Origin: Trichoplax adhaerens
Taxonomy: Eukaryota > Animalia > Placozoa
Assembly (NCBI RefSeq): GCF_000150275.1
Contig: NW_002060960.1
Coordinates: 944,469-1,008,468 of the forward strand
Direction: 5' to 3'
DNA: 64,000 nt
The notes beneath the pieces are model-generated. The model saw only the letters and a program-made list of their open reading frames with translations. It was not told the DNA's origin and made no database searches. Below, in pieces: positions 38,604 to 52,271 of the stretch (positions within the stretch are counted from its first letter, which is position 1; each line of letters opens with the position of its first letter). The translations under genes and the position numbers were made by a program.

Positions 38604-39230
38604 TGTGACAGTGTTATATACTACATTAGAGTAGAAATATCTATGTTAGGATAATTCTGTTAGCCTATCCTTATTTAGTTAACTTCTAATTTGGATATAC
38701 TGTGTTTTAATATAGCACTGACTTTTTATGACAATGAAACATATACACATACTGAAATTAATAGTTATAATAGGGAATACAAATCATCTACTTACAGTTC
38801 GAATCATTGTGATTATAACTTAATACTAGATTGTAAATTATCGAGGAAATATTCCGTGATAGAACATATCGTAATCTGATTATTCTGTATTAGCCATCAG
38901 ATGTCTATGTTCGTAAATACTGTTGTCTGCATTAAGGAACCAGTAGCTAAAATTAATATCTAATTCAGTAAATGATTCCAAAGTTAATCGTACTAACTAT
39001 GATTCATGACCTATTGAGGAAGAGTACATAAATGCAGCATAATATGTAATAAAGTGAATTCTTAAACTTAGTGTTTAACGTAAAATACGAGCCGTCTAAG
39101 TCTTTGTGTAGTCTGCTAGTAGAGCAAAAGTGTTTGTGATAGTGCAGATATCGTTCCTTGATACGTGGTTCAAGGAATTGACTTATTGATCGTACCTTAC
39201 GTTATCTTGTTGCAAAGCTGTTTTGTGACA
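38604..39230 (+). repeat. Left arm of a long inverted repeat
   Basis: Highly similar to the reverse complement of 41229-41780. The same spurious ORF start MDILCFNIALTFYD is seen at 38691(+) and 41693(-). Confidence 0.92.
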
Positions 39231-39544
39231 TAAAGTAACATCCATATTTCAAGACCAAAATATAAGAATCCATAGCATCGAGCCTTATTAACTCTTAGAG
39301 ATGTTTAGTTATTGCATTAGCATGACATAAACTAAGGTGATTTGACATATTCTCTAAAAGTAGCAACTACTAAGGCTGTTGAAAGAATAACGATTAGGTT
39401 AATTAATTAATTAATCTACAAGATTCCAACTCAATAAAGTAAAAACTACAGATCGGTATAATAAAAATTATTGAAAAAATATTGAAATAATGTGCGTCAA
39501 GATAATATTTAAAGTCAACTCTAATAAAGGATTTAGTAAAATAT

Positions 39545-39771
39545 NNNNNNNNNNNNNNNNNNNNNNNNNNNNNNNNNNNNNNNNNNNNNNNNNNNNNNNN
39601 NNNNNNNNNNNNNNNNNNNNNNNNNNNNNNNNNNNNNNNNNNNNNNNNNNNNNNNNNNNNNNNNNNNNNNNNNNNNNNNNNNNNNNNNNNNNNNNNNNNN
39701 NNNNNNNNNNNNNNNNNNNNNNNNNNNNNNNNNNNNNNNNNNNNNNNNNNNNNNNNNNNNNNNNNNNNNNN
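39545..39771. other. Assembly gap (N run)
   Basis: 227 consecutive N. Confidence 0.99.
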
Positions 39772-40035
39772 TAGAACGCATGTAGAGAACAGGATTATAG
39801 AATTCGATATGACATCTACCGTAAACAGACAGAGTAATAGCAAATGATTGTAGAAAACAGCAAAGACCGTAGGTGCTATAAATAACTAAACATAATGAGC
39901 TATGTTAGAGCTACGTTAGAGCTATATTAGAGTATAGTAGAAATAGACTCTAAAACTATTTACACTCGGTAAAATACAAAATATCTATATTTAAGAATAT
40001 GCTAAGGACTATAGTGAAGTCTAAATATACTACAA
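39772..40035 (-). repeat. Inverted, diverged copy of 31576-31814
   Basis: The reverse complement reads ttagttatttatagcacctacggtctttgct...aattctataatcc...gcgttcta, matching ttagttatttatagcacctacagtctttgct...aattctacaatcc...acgttcta at ~31700-31814. Confidence 0.8.
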
Positions 40036-41228
40036 TGAGTATGTAAAACGATCTTTCCGACTTATCAGTGGATGTGAATTTTGTAGCTTAGTTTAGATAA
40101 ATTTTAAATTTTTCTTTGGATTTATAGAAAAAATATACGTACTAAAGTCATTTATGGATTCCATGATGGTGGTCTTCATACAAAGTCATTTGATATCAGC
40201 AGCTAAGTGTAATAAATTAAAATGAAGGTTTTCTTACTGGAAAGAATATGAATGATTAATAAGTATTTAATATTTGCAAAATAATTATTCGAACATACCG
40301 TCTCGTAATATATATTAATGTACTACTTGCTTAGCACCGAAAAACTTGATGTGAGTATTTAAGGAGCTCAAACCATCAAGTAAAATCGTTGGACATTCTA
40401 GTTGTATGGGAGGGATAGTAGCTGTTTAGAGGTTTATGGATATCTTATAGACAGTATTTATCTCAGATTAAAATCGCTAAAGATGTTGTCAGATCTTAAC
40501 TTTTTCTGTGTAGGGTAATTCTGATGTCACTAATACAACTATTAATTTCAACTAGTGAAACTCTCTAAACTCTAGTAAATAGAATGCATAATGTTGTAGT
40601 CTTCTTAACTATGTAGTTTTCTAAAGCAATATCTGTCAATTTCTTATTCTTTTACTACTCCAAGAATACTATAGTTAACGAACAATGTAACTTATAATCT
40701 TTATCTTGTTATCCTTAATCGTAATATGCTGAACGATAAATAGTTTTATTAGATTGGGTAGATGATCGAACCACTTTGATGACAACGATTGCGTAGTAAA
40801 GAGACCGTGATAAGAAAAGTAATTAATTTATTATTGTAATAGTCATAGACTGCTAAACTTTAACCCATGCAATAGTATTCTAGTCGATCCCTCGCTCATT
40901 ATACTTTCTTACTGTTAATAGTAGAAATTTTAAACGCTCTACTCGTAATACCCATCATAAAGGCGCTATGCCTTTAGGCTATCGTTACTTTAACTTTCCT
41001 TTATTTTTCTGCTAATAACCAATGCAGTATGTTTTTTCGTGCACTAAAAAGTCCGAGGACTACGTGTGTTGGTTTAGGATTAGGGACGAGTTCGGAAGCA
41101 GGTTGTGGAAAATTTAAGATTTAGTTTCAGTCAGGATATTACTGCTTGTTTTAGCATCAGAGAGGCCATTTGCATTCTCTACATTGTGCACTGGCAGCGT
41201 ATAAATTGCCCATTTCTCATTAGATAGT

Positions 41229-41780
41229 TGCCACAAAACAGATTTGCAACAAGATAACGTCATGTATGATCTATAAGTCAATTCCTTGAACCATGTATCA
41301 AGGAACGATATCTGTACTATCAGAAACACTTTTGCTCTACTAGCAGACTACACAAAGACTTAGACGGCTCGTATTTTACGTTAAACACTAAGTTTAAGAA
41401 TTCACTTTATTACACGATGTACTGCATTAATATACTCTTCCTCAATAGTTCGTGAGTCATAGTTAGTACGATTAACTTTGGAATCATTTACTGAATTAGA
41501 TATTAATTTTAGCTACTGGTTCCTTAATGCAGACAACAGTATTTACGAGCATAGATATCTGATCGCTAATAATCACAATGATTCGAACTGTAAGTAGGTG
41601 ATTTGTATTTCTATTGTAACTATTAATTTCAGTATGTGTATATGTTTCACTATCATAAAAAGTCAGTGCTATATTAAAACACAGTATATCCACATTAGAA
41701 GTTAACTAAATAAGGATAGGATGACAGAATTATCCTAACATAGATATTTCTACTCTAATACAGTATATAACACTGTTACA
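41229..41780 (-). repeat. Right arm of the long inverted repeat
   Basis: Reverse complement of 38604-39230, lacking roughly 70 bp present at about 38820-38895. Confidence 0.92.
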
Positions 41781-41966
41781 ATGGTATGTCAATAAAGCCT
41801 CTGTCATTTGTTGACAACTTGATTTTCTCAGTTATAAGTCTAAAACAAGTATGAGACAGCTAATAGCACGATGTCCTTCTTTAAGCCAGGAAATTTAAGT
41901 ATAATCGCAAGAGCTTTATTATGCGTAGGAAATGAGCCCGTTATTAACAATTGTAGAATGGTGTCT
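41781..41966 (+). pseudogene. Relic of a third SRCR-MAM receptor paralog (SRCR exon fragments)
   Basis: Translates ASVIC*QLDFLSYKSKT (TGA at 41812-41814 for CGA), then part of the homologous intron, then KPGNLSIIARALLCVGNEPVINNCRMVS. Receptor B reads ASVVCRQLGFLSYRSKA and KPGNLSIIARALLCLGKEQVIDSCKIVS. The 3' splice site has been deleted. Confidence 0.88.
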
Positions 41967-43269
41967 TTAAATTAATTTAGAAAATAACTATCTTTTGGAA
42001 CTGCATAAATAGTTGGATATTGAATATCAGAAACACTGGCAATAAAAAAAATTAATTACTTATTTGTATAAAATTTTATATAAAATTAAATACTTAATTT
42101 GACAAATTATAATATTTATCTTTGATAGACTTGAATAACCTATTAGCGTGACGAGTAAGGTGATTATTATTACTTAGCTATGGATGTCAATTTCGTTAAT
42201 TAATCTGAGACTGAATATTAACATGTTTTGGATTCAAAATCATAATTTTTTATAACTGATTTAAATTGAATTGGCTAAAGCTGAAGTAAAAATTTTGTTT
42301 GTACAACTTAATATCATGTAACCTATTCTAAGAATTAAGTACAATCTTAAAATTATTCTCAAAGTTTCTTACTGTAAATATCCTTCCATAACAGTTATAA
42401 CTTCTAACTAACTCTAGTTTCCTATCTGTTCCGCGACGAGTAATATTGTGCTATGCTATATGAAATAAGAGTCTCATTAATGCTGTGCCATATGCTATAA
42501 GTTCTCTAGTACCGTAAGTAGATATTTCGTGCAAAAAATTGCAAAGGGTTAGCAGCTATTATGCTAGGGTACTTTGAAAATAAGCTTATTGTGAACTCAC
42601 GGGCTAATAGATATAATTTAGCAGTCCTTTGGAAACTAATCTGTCCACAGCAATGATAAGAGAATCAAAGCTTTGATCATTAGAGCTTAGCCGAATACTT
42701 ATGAACTATGGCAGCGCTTAAATTTTCATATTTATTAGTCTCTGTCTTTGGCAGTCATTTTAGAAATAAATTCGATTGCTATTAATACAAGTCTGTAATA
42801 AATATTCTTAAACAACTTAAGCTACCGTTAACTTTTAAATATACTTAAAAAGAGAAACTATGGTCTTCTAACTATTAATTATTCGTGGTAATTCAGTCAC
42901 ATTAGATTTGCTTGCATTACATATTACCAATATGGGTTTCGATCGAAGAATCTTACTATCCCAAAATCTGATATAAAAATTAATTTGTATCTTATATACT
43001 AAGAACTTTGAAGACACGATTTTAGTATTCTCCTTCTAAAATTCTTTCGAGATAATTTATATTCTTACATTTTAATCTCTTCTATGATTTAATTGTGATA
43101 AATGGTACAAGCATAGGTGTTTAGTTTCAAATTCGTTCACAAAGCAATTACTTTCAAAATCAGAAAGAAGTGTATTAATTTCGAACGTACTTAATTTTTA
43201 TCTTTTTGTATTCTAAGAAGAATCATTACTGTACACTCTTTGCCAACATGCTCACTTTCGGTTTAACAT

Positions 43270-46200
43270 CTAACCTTGTGCATTAATTGAAACATGATCA
43301 CCTTTCTTCTTCACTATCACTTTTTCTCCATTATTGCTTTGATATTGAACAGAATTTCTTGTTAATTCGGGCGATTTCCCCCGTTTATCAGCTTTTGCGA
43401 ATAAGCCGCGACTTTCAGAGACGGGTGCCAATCTAATTAAAGCAAACTAATACTTAAAGGAAGCATAATCATTTTGAATTTTAGAAAGAATTCCCTAACT
43501 GAGTATAAAACTCAGATAATCGTTAAAATATGCAAATAAGATATCTCTTTACTGTCAAAAATTAGTGATAAACAAAAACGGCTTACAATAACAAACAATA
43601 TACAGCCTGTTTTTATAGATTTACTGTAGAACAGATCTACAATTGAGCTAAATCGCTACATCTTTCCTAATTTATTTTAAAAACATAAACAGCAGACAAT
43701 CCAGCTGATATTTTTTTCTAACCCTGCACATACTTAATATTCATAAATAGATATATGGTAACTTTTAAGGAATAGTATTTCGTCGGCTTTATTACAATCC
43801 ACCCATGAATGTATATGTCATTTACTGTAAAGATAATCGGGCATTTTGCAAAGTGATCATTATTATAGATACATGATAAACTATGTGTAGCAAAGTCAAT
43901 TCTTAAGGGTCTTCAATAAATCAGACTATCTGGGTTTAAAACCCGAATTAAGCATTATTATAATAAAACCAACCGTAACTGTAGATACAACAAGCTACGA
44001 ACAAGAAGACTCCTGATCTACTCGTTACATACGCTTATAAATCCTAGCGCATGGCCTATTTAGTTATGGTAGTAACATTATTACGCTTCCAGGCACTAAG
44101 TACGGGCACTGAAATACAATATTTTGCCGCGTCATGAGCAACCAATCGCATTAAATTGCGCAAGGTTTATAGCCTACGATAGTGCATATTAGCAATTCCG
44201 TACTTAATTAAGAATTTAGCTCAAGCACTAAACTCACTGCACTACACTGTGGTATTGGATTTATCATTATAAAGAGTATGTGCCTAATTTATTTCAGTGA
44301 CTCAAGCTTAGATAATATCTTTGAGTTGCTATTTTGTCTAGTAGAAAATGATTATATACGATTTCGTACAAGTTTTTGGTCATTACTTTACTATATTTTT
44401 AAATTTTAATTAACTTACGATGACTTTGTCTGGGATTTAGGAAAATCTTGTGAAGTACTAGGTTCGTAAACCTTCCTATAAAATTCAAAAGTGAACAAAA
44501 ATTTTAATATGGCAACCACGTGCCTTTGAATGACAATATTATTGAAGGAACATAAAGTTTTTATATTTGATTCTCTGGTTAAAATTTAATTTTAGAATTA
44601 ATAAACTAAAACCCGCCCAAAAACTGATTCATACCTTCCAGTATCAATTTTTAATTTTATTTGTTTGGCTCTCCGTCTTTCCCAAGCTTTTTTAACCTTT
44701 GCAAATGAAAATAAGTTTTCACAGCAACGGTCAGTACATTTAACGACATTAGGATAACTCTCCACAATTCTATATAGAGTTCAGTTCACAAGAAGGGCTC
44801 AGATTTAATTGAAGGACATGATAATTAATGAAGTGGTTAAGCTATCAAGTTTACTCATATTTTTATATACTGTACCTGAGTATGTTATGGGAAATAAATA
44901 GAATATATATGTAAATAATAATTTTTAAAATAACAATTAAATTTACTAAGATTACAATACAGTGCACAGCCGTATAGTAAACATCGTATACTATAGTATT
45001 TATTCTATATATCCAGCGTTAAATTCATTAATATGAATACTAAATAAGATAATTTATGATTATAATGACCTCGCTTAATTAAATAATTAAGCTACAAACC
45101 TTTTCACTTCTTACTCCATGAAATATAAAAAGGAAAAAACCCTAAAGATATAGCAGAGATATTACCCGGTAAGTAAATTTACTTATTTTTATATAAATTA
45201 TACCAATCCTACAGACGCTAACCTGCAAAGAATTAGCAATTGCAAAAGGAAATTGTAAAACCGGAGAATCAGTTATAAACAACAGGCAGCCCAGTATCCA
45301 ACCGGAACCAAGCAAGGGTAATAGGATTAACATGTCTTTAAGTACAATTCTAAGCAATCATGTATATGCATTGCCGTTAATCTAAATTGCTATAAACCTT
45401 TACGCGAGCAAAAATGTTACCATAATATTGCTATATATGATTTAATATCATTTTTTCTTTAAGAAAAGTACTATACCTAAATAGATTGGATTCTTTTTCA
45501 GTAGATTTTCTGGGGGCATTCTTAACTGTGGTAATATGACCTCGTAAAACCAAAATTAGGAAATTGATGTTCAGCTAATAAGTAAAACAGTTTTGAAAGT
45601 ATTTAGTTGCTAATAACTAAAAGTTGTTGGAAGTATATCTTTATTGCTGAACTATGAAACTTTGCAAACCAAAATCATAAATGAAAACGAACTTGATTCG
45701 AATGGTAATAAATCTAGAAAAGTTTATTTTTAAGTATCTGAAGATAATATAGCTTAGGTAGGATACTTTTGCTCAAAATATAATATACCAAAATCATCAC
45801 TAAAACAGGAATTATAAATCCTAAAATAATAGGAGGATTGGTAGCCAGCCAACATCTACAAAAAAATTAAAATCTAATATGAAAAGCTTGATATGAGTTA
45901 GCGATGCTTATGCTATCATTGGAATACGATTACAAGATTCTTATTTACTAACTTTATAACAAAATATGAATATTTACTTTGTTGATGTACAAAATCTGTG
46001 TATTTAATAAATAAATTTTCTGATATCCTATTCAATTTCAACGTAAAATTTATCTCGCTATTACGTACGCTTGCATGCCAATGTAATTCTCTATTCCCAC
46101 GGAAAATATTACTGCAGTTAATGTGCCAACAGCAATGACAATAGATAAGCCTAAGTAGAAGAATGATAGCTAAAGATCAGCATATTGGTATTTCAAGGTG

Positions 46201-49200
46201 TTATCATCTTGAGATAGAGTAAATATAGCATTTCTTGTGATTGTACCGTAAGCGAATACGCAGTATACCCAAGGCTTAACTTCAGAACTGAAAACTCGAA
46301 CGATTTTGATGTAAGCATGCAAACCCTCTACAAGCATCCAAGAGAATGATGATAGCAACGTAATATGTAGAACAAAGGTTGAGACGACGCAAACTATCTA
46401 AATTAAAATAAAGAAACCGCCGAAGTAAGATTTATAAAATAATTGTATGATAGTTCAAATTTACTAACTTTGAATCAGGTGTATGTAATTATCACAAGAT
46501 TATGAAGGTGCGCCATACAGAATTTACTTTTAAGATTGAGTAATTGTGGTAATTACTTGCAAATAATTCTCATGGCATTATACTGCCCTAGTTATTCGGC
46601 ATATGCATTGCTGCACTGTTCAAACAAGCTAGTTTTAACAACTTACAAAGTAATTAGACAATCCAAATGTCGTAATTATTAATATATCTGATATCAACAG
46701 ATTTAGCATTACGTTGAAATGGATAAATATTACTACTTTTCCTTCGAAATACCTAATTAAATGAATTTTAATTTTTAAATTAGTATACTAGATATGAATA
46801 TATATGAACGTATTTTTATTTAGGAAAACATCTTAAAAATGATTTTGTACTTTAAGCTGGTCGTCTATACCTCCATAATACGATATAAAAGATCAAAGTA
46901 ATGGCGAGACTTATTACCGATAAACCACAGCCGATATAGGTTATAAGTTGCAATGATAATAATGTAGGTTCATCAGGCTAGAAAATAAGTTGAGTTATGA
47001 TTATATTTACACGTGTCTACAATTTTGATGCGTTGGAAATTCTTGAACATAGTCAAGATGTCCCCTCAAGATCAGAGTTATTATTCACAGCCTACCGTGC
47101 TATTTGTTAACTGTACCAATAAAGCAAAATGTGTTAAATGATTGCAGTGGCAAATTGTTGTTGTTGCATTTGAAAAATTTTTAGTACACCCATAGTTAGA
47201 CCAGTCACCAGTCGATTTATAGCTATACAATTAATACGTAAAATTACTATCTGATTCATTAAGTTATTTATCATCCTATATGGTTTTAATGTAGATGAGA
47301 AGACTCTATAGTACACTTCTATAGATTCTGTAGCTTATCCTTACACAATGGTATTATGAACTATTTACGACGCTAGAATCCTAATATCTACTTAATTATA
47401 TGGCATGAAATACTCGCAAAATCCATCTTATATCGATCCGCACTTATCGTAAAATTCCCAAAATACACATTCATTCGTTGTATTCCTACTACTCGTTTCC
47501 TATAAAGTATAAATTTTTCACTCATATTACAAAGTATTCCGATATTGACTTATAGTTTTGTTTAAAAAAGTGATATAAGATTGTGGAAATAAGTTTTTGC
47601 AAGTTTTATAAACATTTGATCCTGACATTAGAATTTTGAGATATTAATTGGATACGCTCTATATTTGGCAATGCAAAGAAGCTAATTCTATACTCTGATC
47701 AATTATAATAAGTAGTACTAGTATTAATTGATTTCTGATCTTAAATTCAACTCTAATATTGCCCCTAAATTGCGAAGATGATATCGCGTTGAAATACTCC
47801 TGCAATTCTGCTATATACGCTTCGACTGAATAAATCCTTAGTAACGTGATAGGTCCATCAATTCATGTAATGATGTCAAGTTTAAATATAGTTGTTATTA
47901 ACATATTAGAGATGTTTTGCCATACGATGATTCCTCATTCCAAAATGAAGGCTTGATGATCAAAGGGTGTAGCACTGTTATATGAACTTAGAACAAGTAG
48001 GAAAAATGTTCTTCTTACCTGAATACGATTAAGAATAATTTCTATCGGCTGAATTAAATTAGAAACAGATCTATTACGAATGGCACTGGATAGAACTTGC
48101 GAGTTTATTCCAATCCTTGTATTACCACCACTTGAGGTATAGTAAGATAGATATAATAACTTAATATTTTTAAATCTCTTCACAACTAATATAATTTCTG
48201 GTGATAGTACTTTCATGATAAGTGTACTATTCTAATTCTTAAATAATAATTTGCAAATCTCAATATAATCTTAAAAAAGTATGACAGCAACGGCTTGATC
48301 ATCTTAAATAGCTTTTAAACTAAGACATACGTATTATAAAGCCGACTTACATAGCGGAATTTGCGTTTCCTGAATCTTGAGAATAAGGTAAGAACTCATT
48401 TAGAGACTTGTATATGAAGTTTGTTACACGAACATCGCTATCTTGACCTAAAAGTAGCAATTTCGAAAAAAATTGTATAAATTAACTAAACTGTTGTCAT
48501 ATAAGTACAACGATAATAGGAAATTATATCAAACCGGAAAATATTTCCGCCGGCAATTTTATCTTATTTCCTGTCCACCATGAAGCTTGGTTTTGAGTGG
48601 AATTTGAAGGAAAAGTAATTCCGTCGAGGTTACCAGGCGGAATATTAGCCAATGTCATTACTTCCAAGTTACCATAAAAATTGATTATAACCATCATCAT
48701 GAGCTATATTATTTATCTTTAATCCTTTGGCGAATGGTATATCGCTTCCGTTTAGTTATTACTGTTATACAGTATCACTTATGTTCATGCGTACTTATAA
48801 TTAGCTAAGAAATAGGGGTCTCTTACCAATGTTGGGTAGAGTTAGTGTTAATTCAGGTTCATCTTGTAACTCAAATTTACTGGCAAATAAGTCTAAGTTT
48901 TGCATAGTCTGAGCTGCTCCTGGTTCTTTCTATGTATCAAATTATATTAAAATTAAAAATATTTAACGATAGTTAAATTAATTTAATTTTGGCTCATGTA
49001 GAAATTAAACCATCAATACTAAACAAGTGAGTGATCCATTACAACTAATTTTATACATAAAGTTTTACCGCTGAGATTGCTTCCCATTGTTCTTTATTTC
49101 TGTTATCTAGCAAATTATTACTGGTGGCAAGAAAGTTCTGTTGAAAGTAAAGTTATAAACCTGTAAAATATTGTTTTTACTACGTTGCACGTATGTTTTT

Positions 49201-52200
49201 ATGAGGGCTACAAAAATAGAGTGGAGTAATATGATATAGTTGCTATTCCTTATAATCCTGTAAATTTTGTTATTAAAGTAAATACGTTTCAATTTTAACT
49301 TAATCAACTAAGAATATTTTTTATTTATTGGAAGTAGTAAAACAGATACATGATATCTGATTCATACAGTCCGGAGCATACCTCTAGCTGATTAATACTC
49401 TTAACCACTGTTGATTCTCTGGCTATTTTTTCTAATATGTTATTAGCAATCATCATATCTCCAGCTTGAATCGGCTTCGTAGTGTTTATAACAGTAACAT
49501 TAGCAAGCTCTTGTAAAACTTCAGACTTCACTTCTTCATTCTGTAAAGATACATTCTTAACCTAGAAATTGAGAAGTTGTAGTGAAATTCAGAGCTGTAA
49601 AATTAAAAAGTTATAATATCCGCTAAACGGCCGGCTCATTAACAGTAATAATAGATATATTCACATTATAGAACCTTAATTTAAAATCTATATTTAGGAT
49701 ATTGCAAATAATCAAATTATCATACCATGGAGTCCAGTTGCACAAATACTGCCGTTCTACACTGAGTAGTATCAACAATACCCCAGGTTGCGAGTTCACT
49801 TGATGACTTTAGACATTGGCGATAAGCATTTCCTAAATAGCAAAGAATTTTTGTGAGTATTTTAACTTCCATAACGATATAAGATTATAAATAGCCGCTG
49901 TTCAAATTATTTATTAGTATATATGTAAGGATCTTATTTTACTCTCGGTTTTACCTTGCGCAGGAGCAACGCATTTAGCTGTAGTAGTAGATCCTGCGAT
50001 TGTTGCAGTCCATAAGATACCTTCCCTTAATTCTTTAGAACAAAATGATGGGTGTTGTGAGGTTGCTTTAGGTCTAGTAGGAGTTATTGTTGTTCTAAAA
50101 GTTGTAGTAGGCCGAGTAGTATCAGTAGTTGGTGTAATCATCATTGTCTGACCAGCAAGAGTAGAAGGCAATGGTATCGTTGGTAACTTTTTTTGGTAAG
50201 AAAGACTGAGATTTACTTGAATCGATTGGATGGCTGTTGAGATTTTGCAAGAATAGATTCCGCCATTCTCAGATTTCATACTATTAATAGTCAAAATTGA
50301 GGCTGTAGCATTAGATAAGATACTAATCTGCGACTCATTAAATCCCGAAGACGTAGATAGAGGTAATGGTTTATCATTGTGTAACCACAAGAAAGATATT
50401 TCGTCCAAAGCAACCAATGTGTGACATACCATACTTATTCTAGTGCCATTCAAAGCCAGGTAACTATTTTCACTACCATCTCTTAATTTTTCTCTTGCAA
50501 ATAATTTGACTGATTCAAATCCTAGCTCTAAAATATGAGATAGCATTCCAGTTAATATCAGCAATTTATTACGATATTAATATATGAAAATAACATTTGC
50601 CCTAAGATAGCGTTAAGAATATTAGTTTCATGGCCTCAATACTAATTCTGATGAGATAGCATTATTTCAAGCAATGCACATAGAAATTTTTTAATTTTTA
50701 ATGAAGATTTCATTAAACTAAACTACTTGTAAATGCTTAAAAAATATTAATCGCAAACAGTTATAAAGTCGTCTAACCAATCAAACAAAGATTTATAGTA
50801 GATAAAGTATTCATAACTTGCAAAGTTTCTTCTCTTTTAATAATATTTTATGAGAAGATTATCAAAATTGGAAACTACAAAAGTATTCGGAATGAACCTA
50901 CCTCCTTCGTAACCTAACTGATAACCGTTGCTACCATCACGAACATCATCACTACGAAAATAAATCAAAACGACATTGCTCTGTATAGAGAATGGTTTGG
51001 GTAATGTTTTTCCACATTGCGGTGGAGTCGAAGCGCTAACTATGGCATCATTGCACTCTTGATTAGCAGCTTTTCCAGGTAAAACAAATATATAATCGTA
51101 CGAACATGAACTTTCATATTCAATATTAAAGGAATTGAACCACAAAAAGATTACTTTGGTGTCATTTAGGATGATTCTTGAACAGCATCTTACTGATTCT
51201 GGATATGCATTTGGATAGTTTGGAGAGGTGATATTGGCGGAAAATTTCGTATAAATTTTTGAGCAAGAATTTGTATCTAAATTTTTAAAAATGAAGAAAT
51301 CATTGTATTAATCTAGCAATTGAAAATTAAATCTGACTAAATCTAATTTTAAAAATTATTGAGAGATTGGAAATTTATATGGATTACATTTAAGTCAAAG
51401 GTTAGAAAATACAAATACACTAACACTTAAGATTAGTTTTACTTTAACTACTAACTGTATTTAAGGCATAAATTAAGAATATTTCATACTGCATGGCTAT
51501 CATGGTTATATTTATTCAAGAATTAACTCACCTCGTGTAATTCGTGAGTTAATACGTGCCGATATGATTGGAAATGTCGCCTAGGTGAAAAAAATTAATA
51601 TATACCTATGAATTCTTGATAGTCAATAACCAATAATATTTTATGCTTTAGATCAGTTTAAATAAGGATCTAGTTGTAGGGTTATTTTGGGATATTTATG
51701 CCTTAAAAGATTAATTTTATGCCATTATAATGCTACTGCAGATGCAAAAAAGACTTTGGTGGAATTTTTATATTGGACTAATTAGGCTTCCTGCTACATA
51801 AAATCAAATTATCGCTTAAAATCTTTAAAAAGATAAGTGCTATTGATTTCATAAAGTCTCTAAAAACTCTGTTGGAGTCTAGTAAAATATCGACAGATAA
51901 ATTTGGCATTGCTATTTTTCAACAAGCTATGATTTTTAAGAGTTTTAGGTATCTTTGACCATATTGTATCTCAATACTAAATTTTAAAAGTTTTACAATA
52001 CAAATTTCTCCAATATTATTTAAAAATTTAAATGATACTAATTCATGACATGTTACAAGTTAAAGTAATGAATGTTCACTAATAAACCCTTTGAAATATC
52101 TAAAAAATCAGTCTCTTGAGTGCTCAAGTGACTTCTCTATGAGCTAATGACACGTATCATCACTGGCTGCTTAAAAACTTTAAGTATTTTATTTTGTAAA

Positions 52201-52271
52201 CTTAGAAATTTCTTTCGCACCAATAATGCTGCTGCCAATATGATGACATTTAGACAAGTACAAGTTTTCAT
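43270..52271 (-). CDS. Adhesion G-protein-coupled receptor (SP-CUB-Ig-Thr-rich stalk-HRM-GAIN/GPS-7TM)
   Basis: Signal exon 52271-52221 (MKTCTCLNVIILAAALL); 51580-51532 (..RITR); CUB 51276-50902 (ITSPNYPNAYP..FNIEYESSCSYDY); Ig/stalk/HRM 50521-49955 and 49832-49726; GAIN exons 49561-47444 (NFLATSNNLLD..W, NSQVLSS, CVFW); GPS 47222-47096 (WSNYGC..CHCNHL/THFALLV); 7TM exons 46977-45101 (ITYIGCGLS, FSWMLVEGLH, CWL, LLPLLGSGW, NSLQG); tail ends ...VSINAQG* at 43270. The last exon is less certain. Confidence 0.9.

Noticed and set aside
38691-38879. Duplicated short ORF MDILCFNIALTFYD... (also 41496-41693 minus)
   Set aside because: It is a by-product of the inverted repeat: non-ATG starts, and the frames diverge after an indel.
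39403-39843. ORFs of 82-146 aa spanning poly-X
   Set aside because: Artefacts of the N gap.
41812-41814. In-frame TGA in the SRCR fragment as selenocysteine or readthrough
   Set aside because: It aligns to Arg (CGA), not Cys, and the fragment also has a deleted splice acceptor, so it is a pseudogene lesion.
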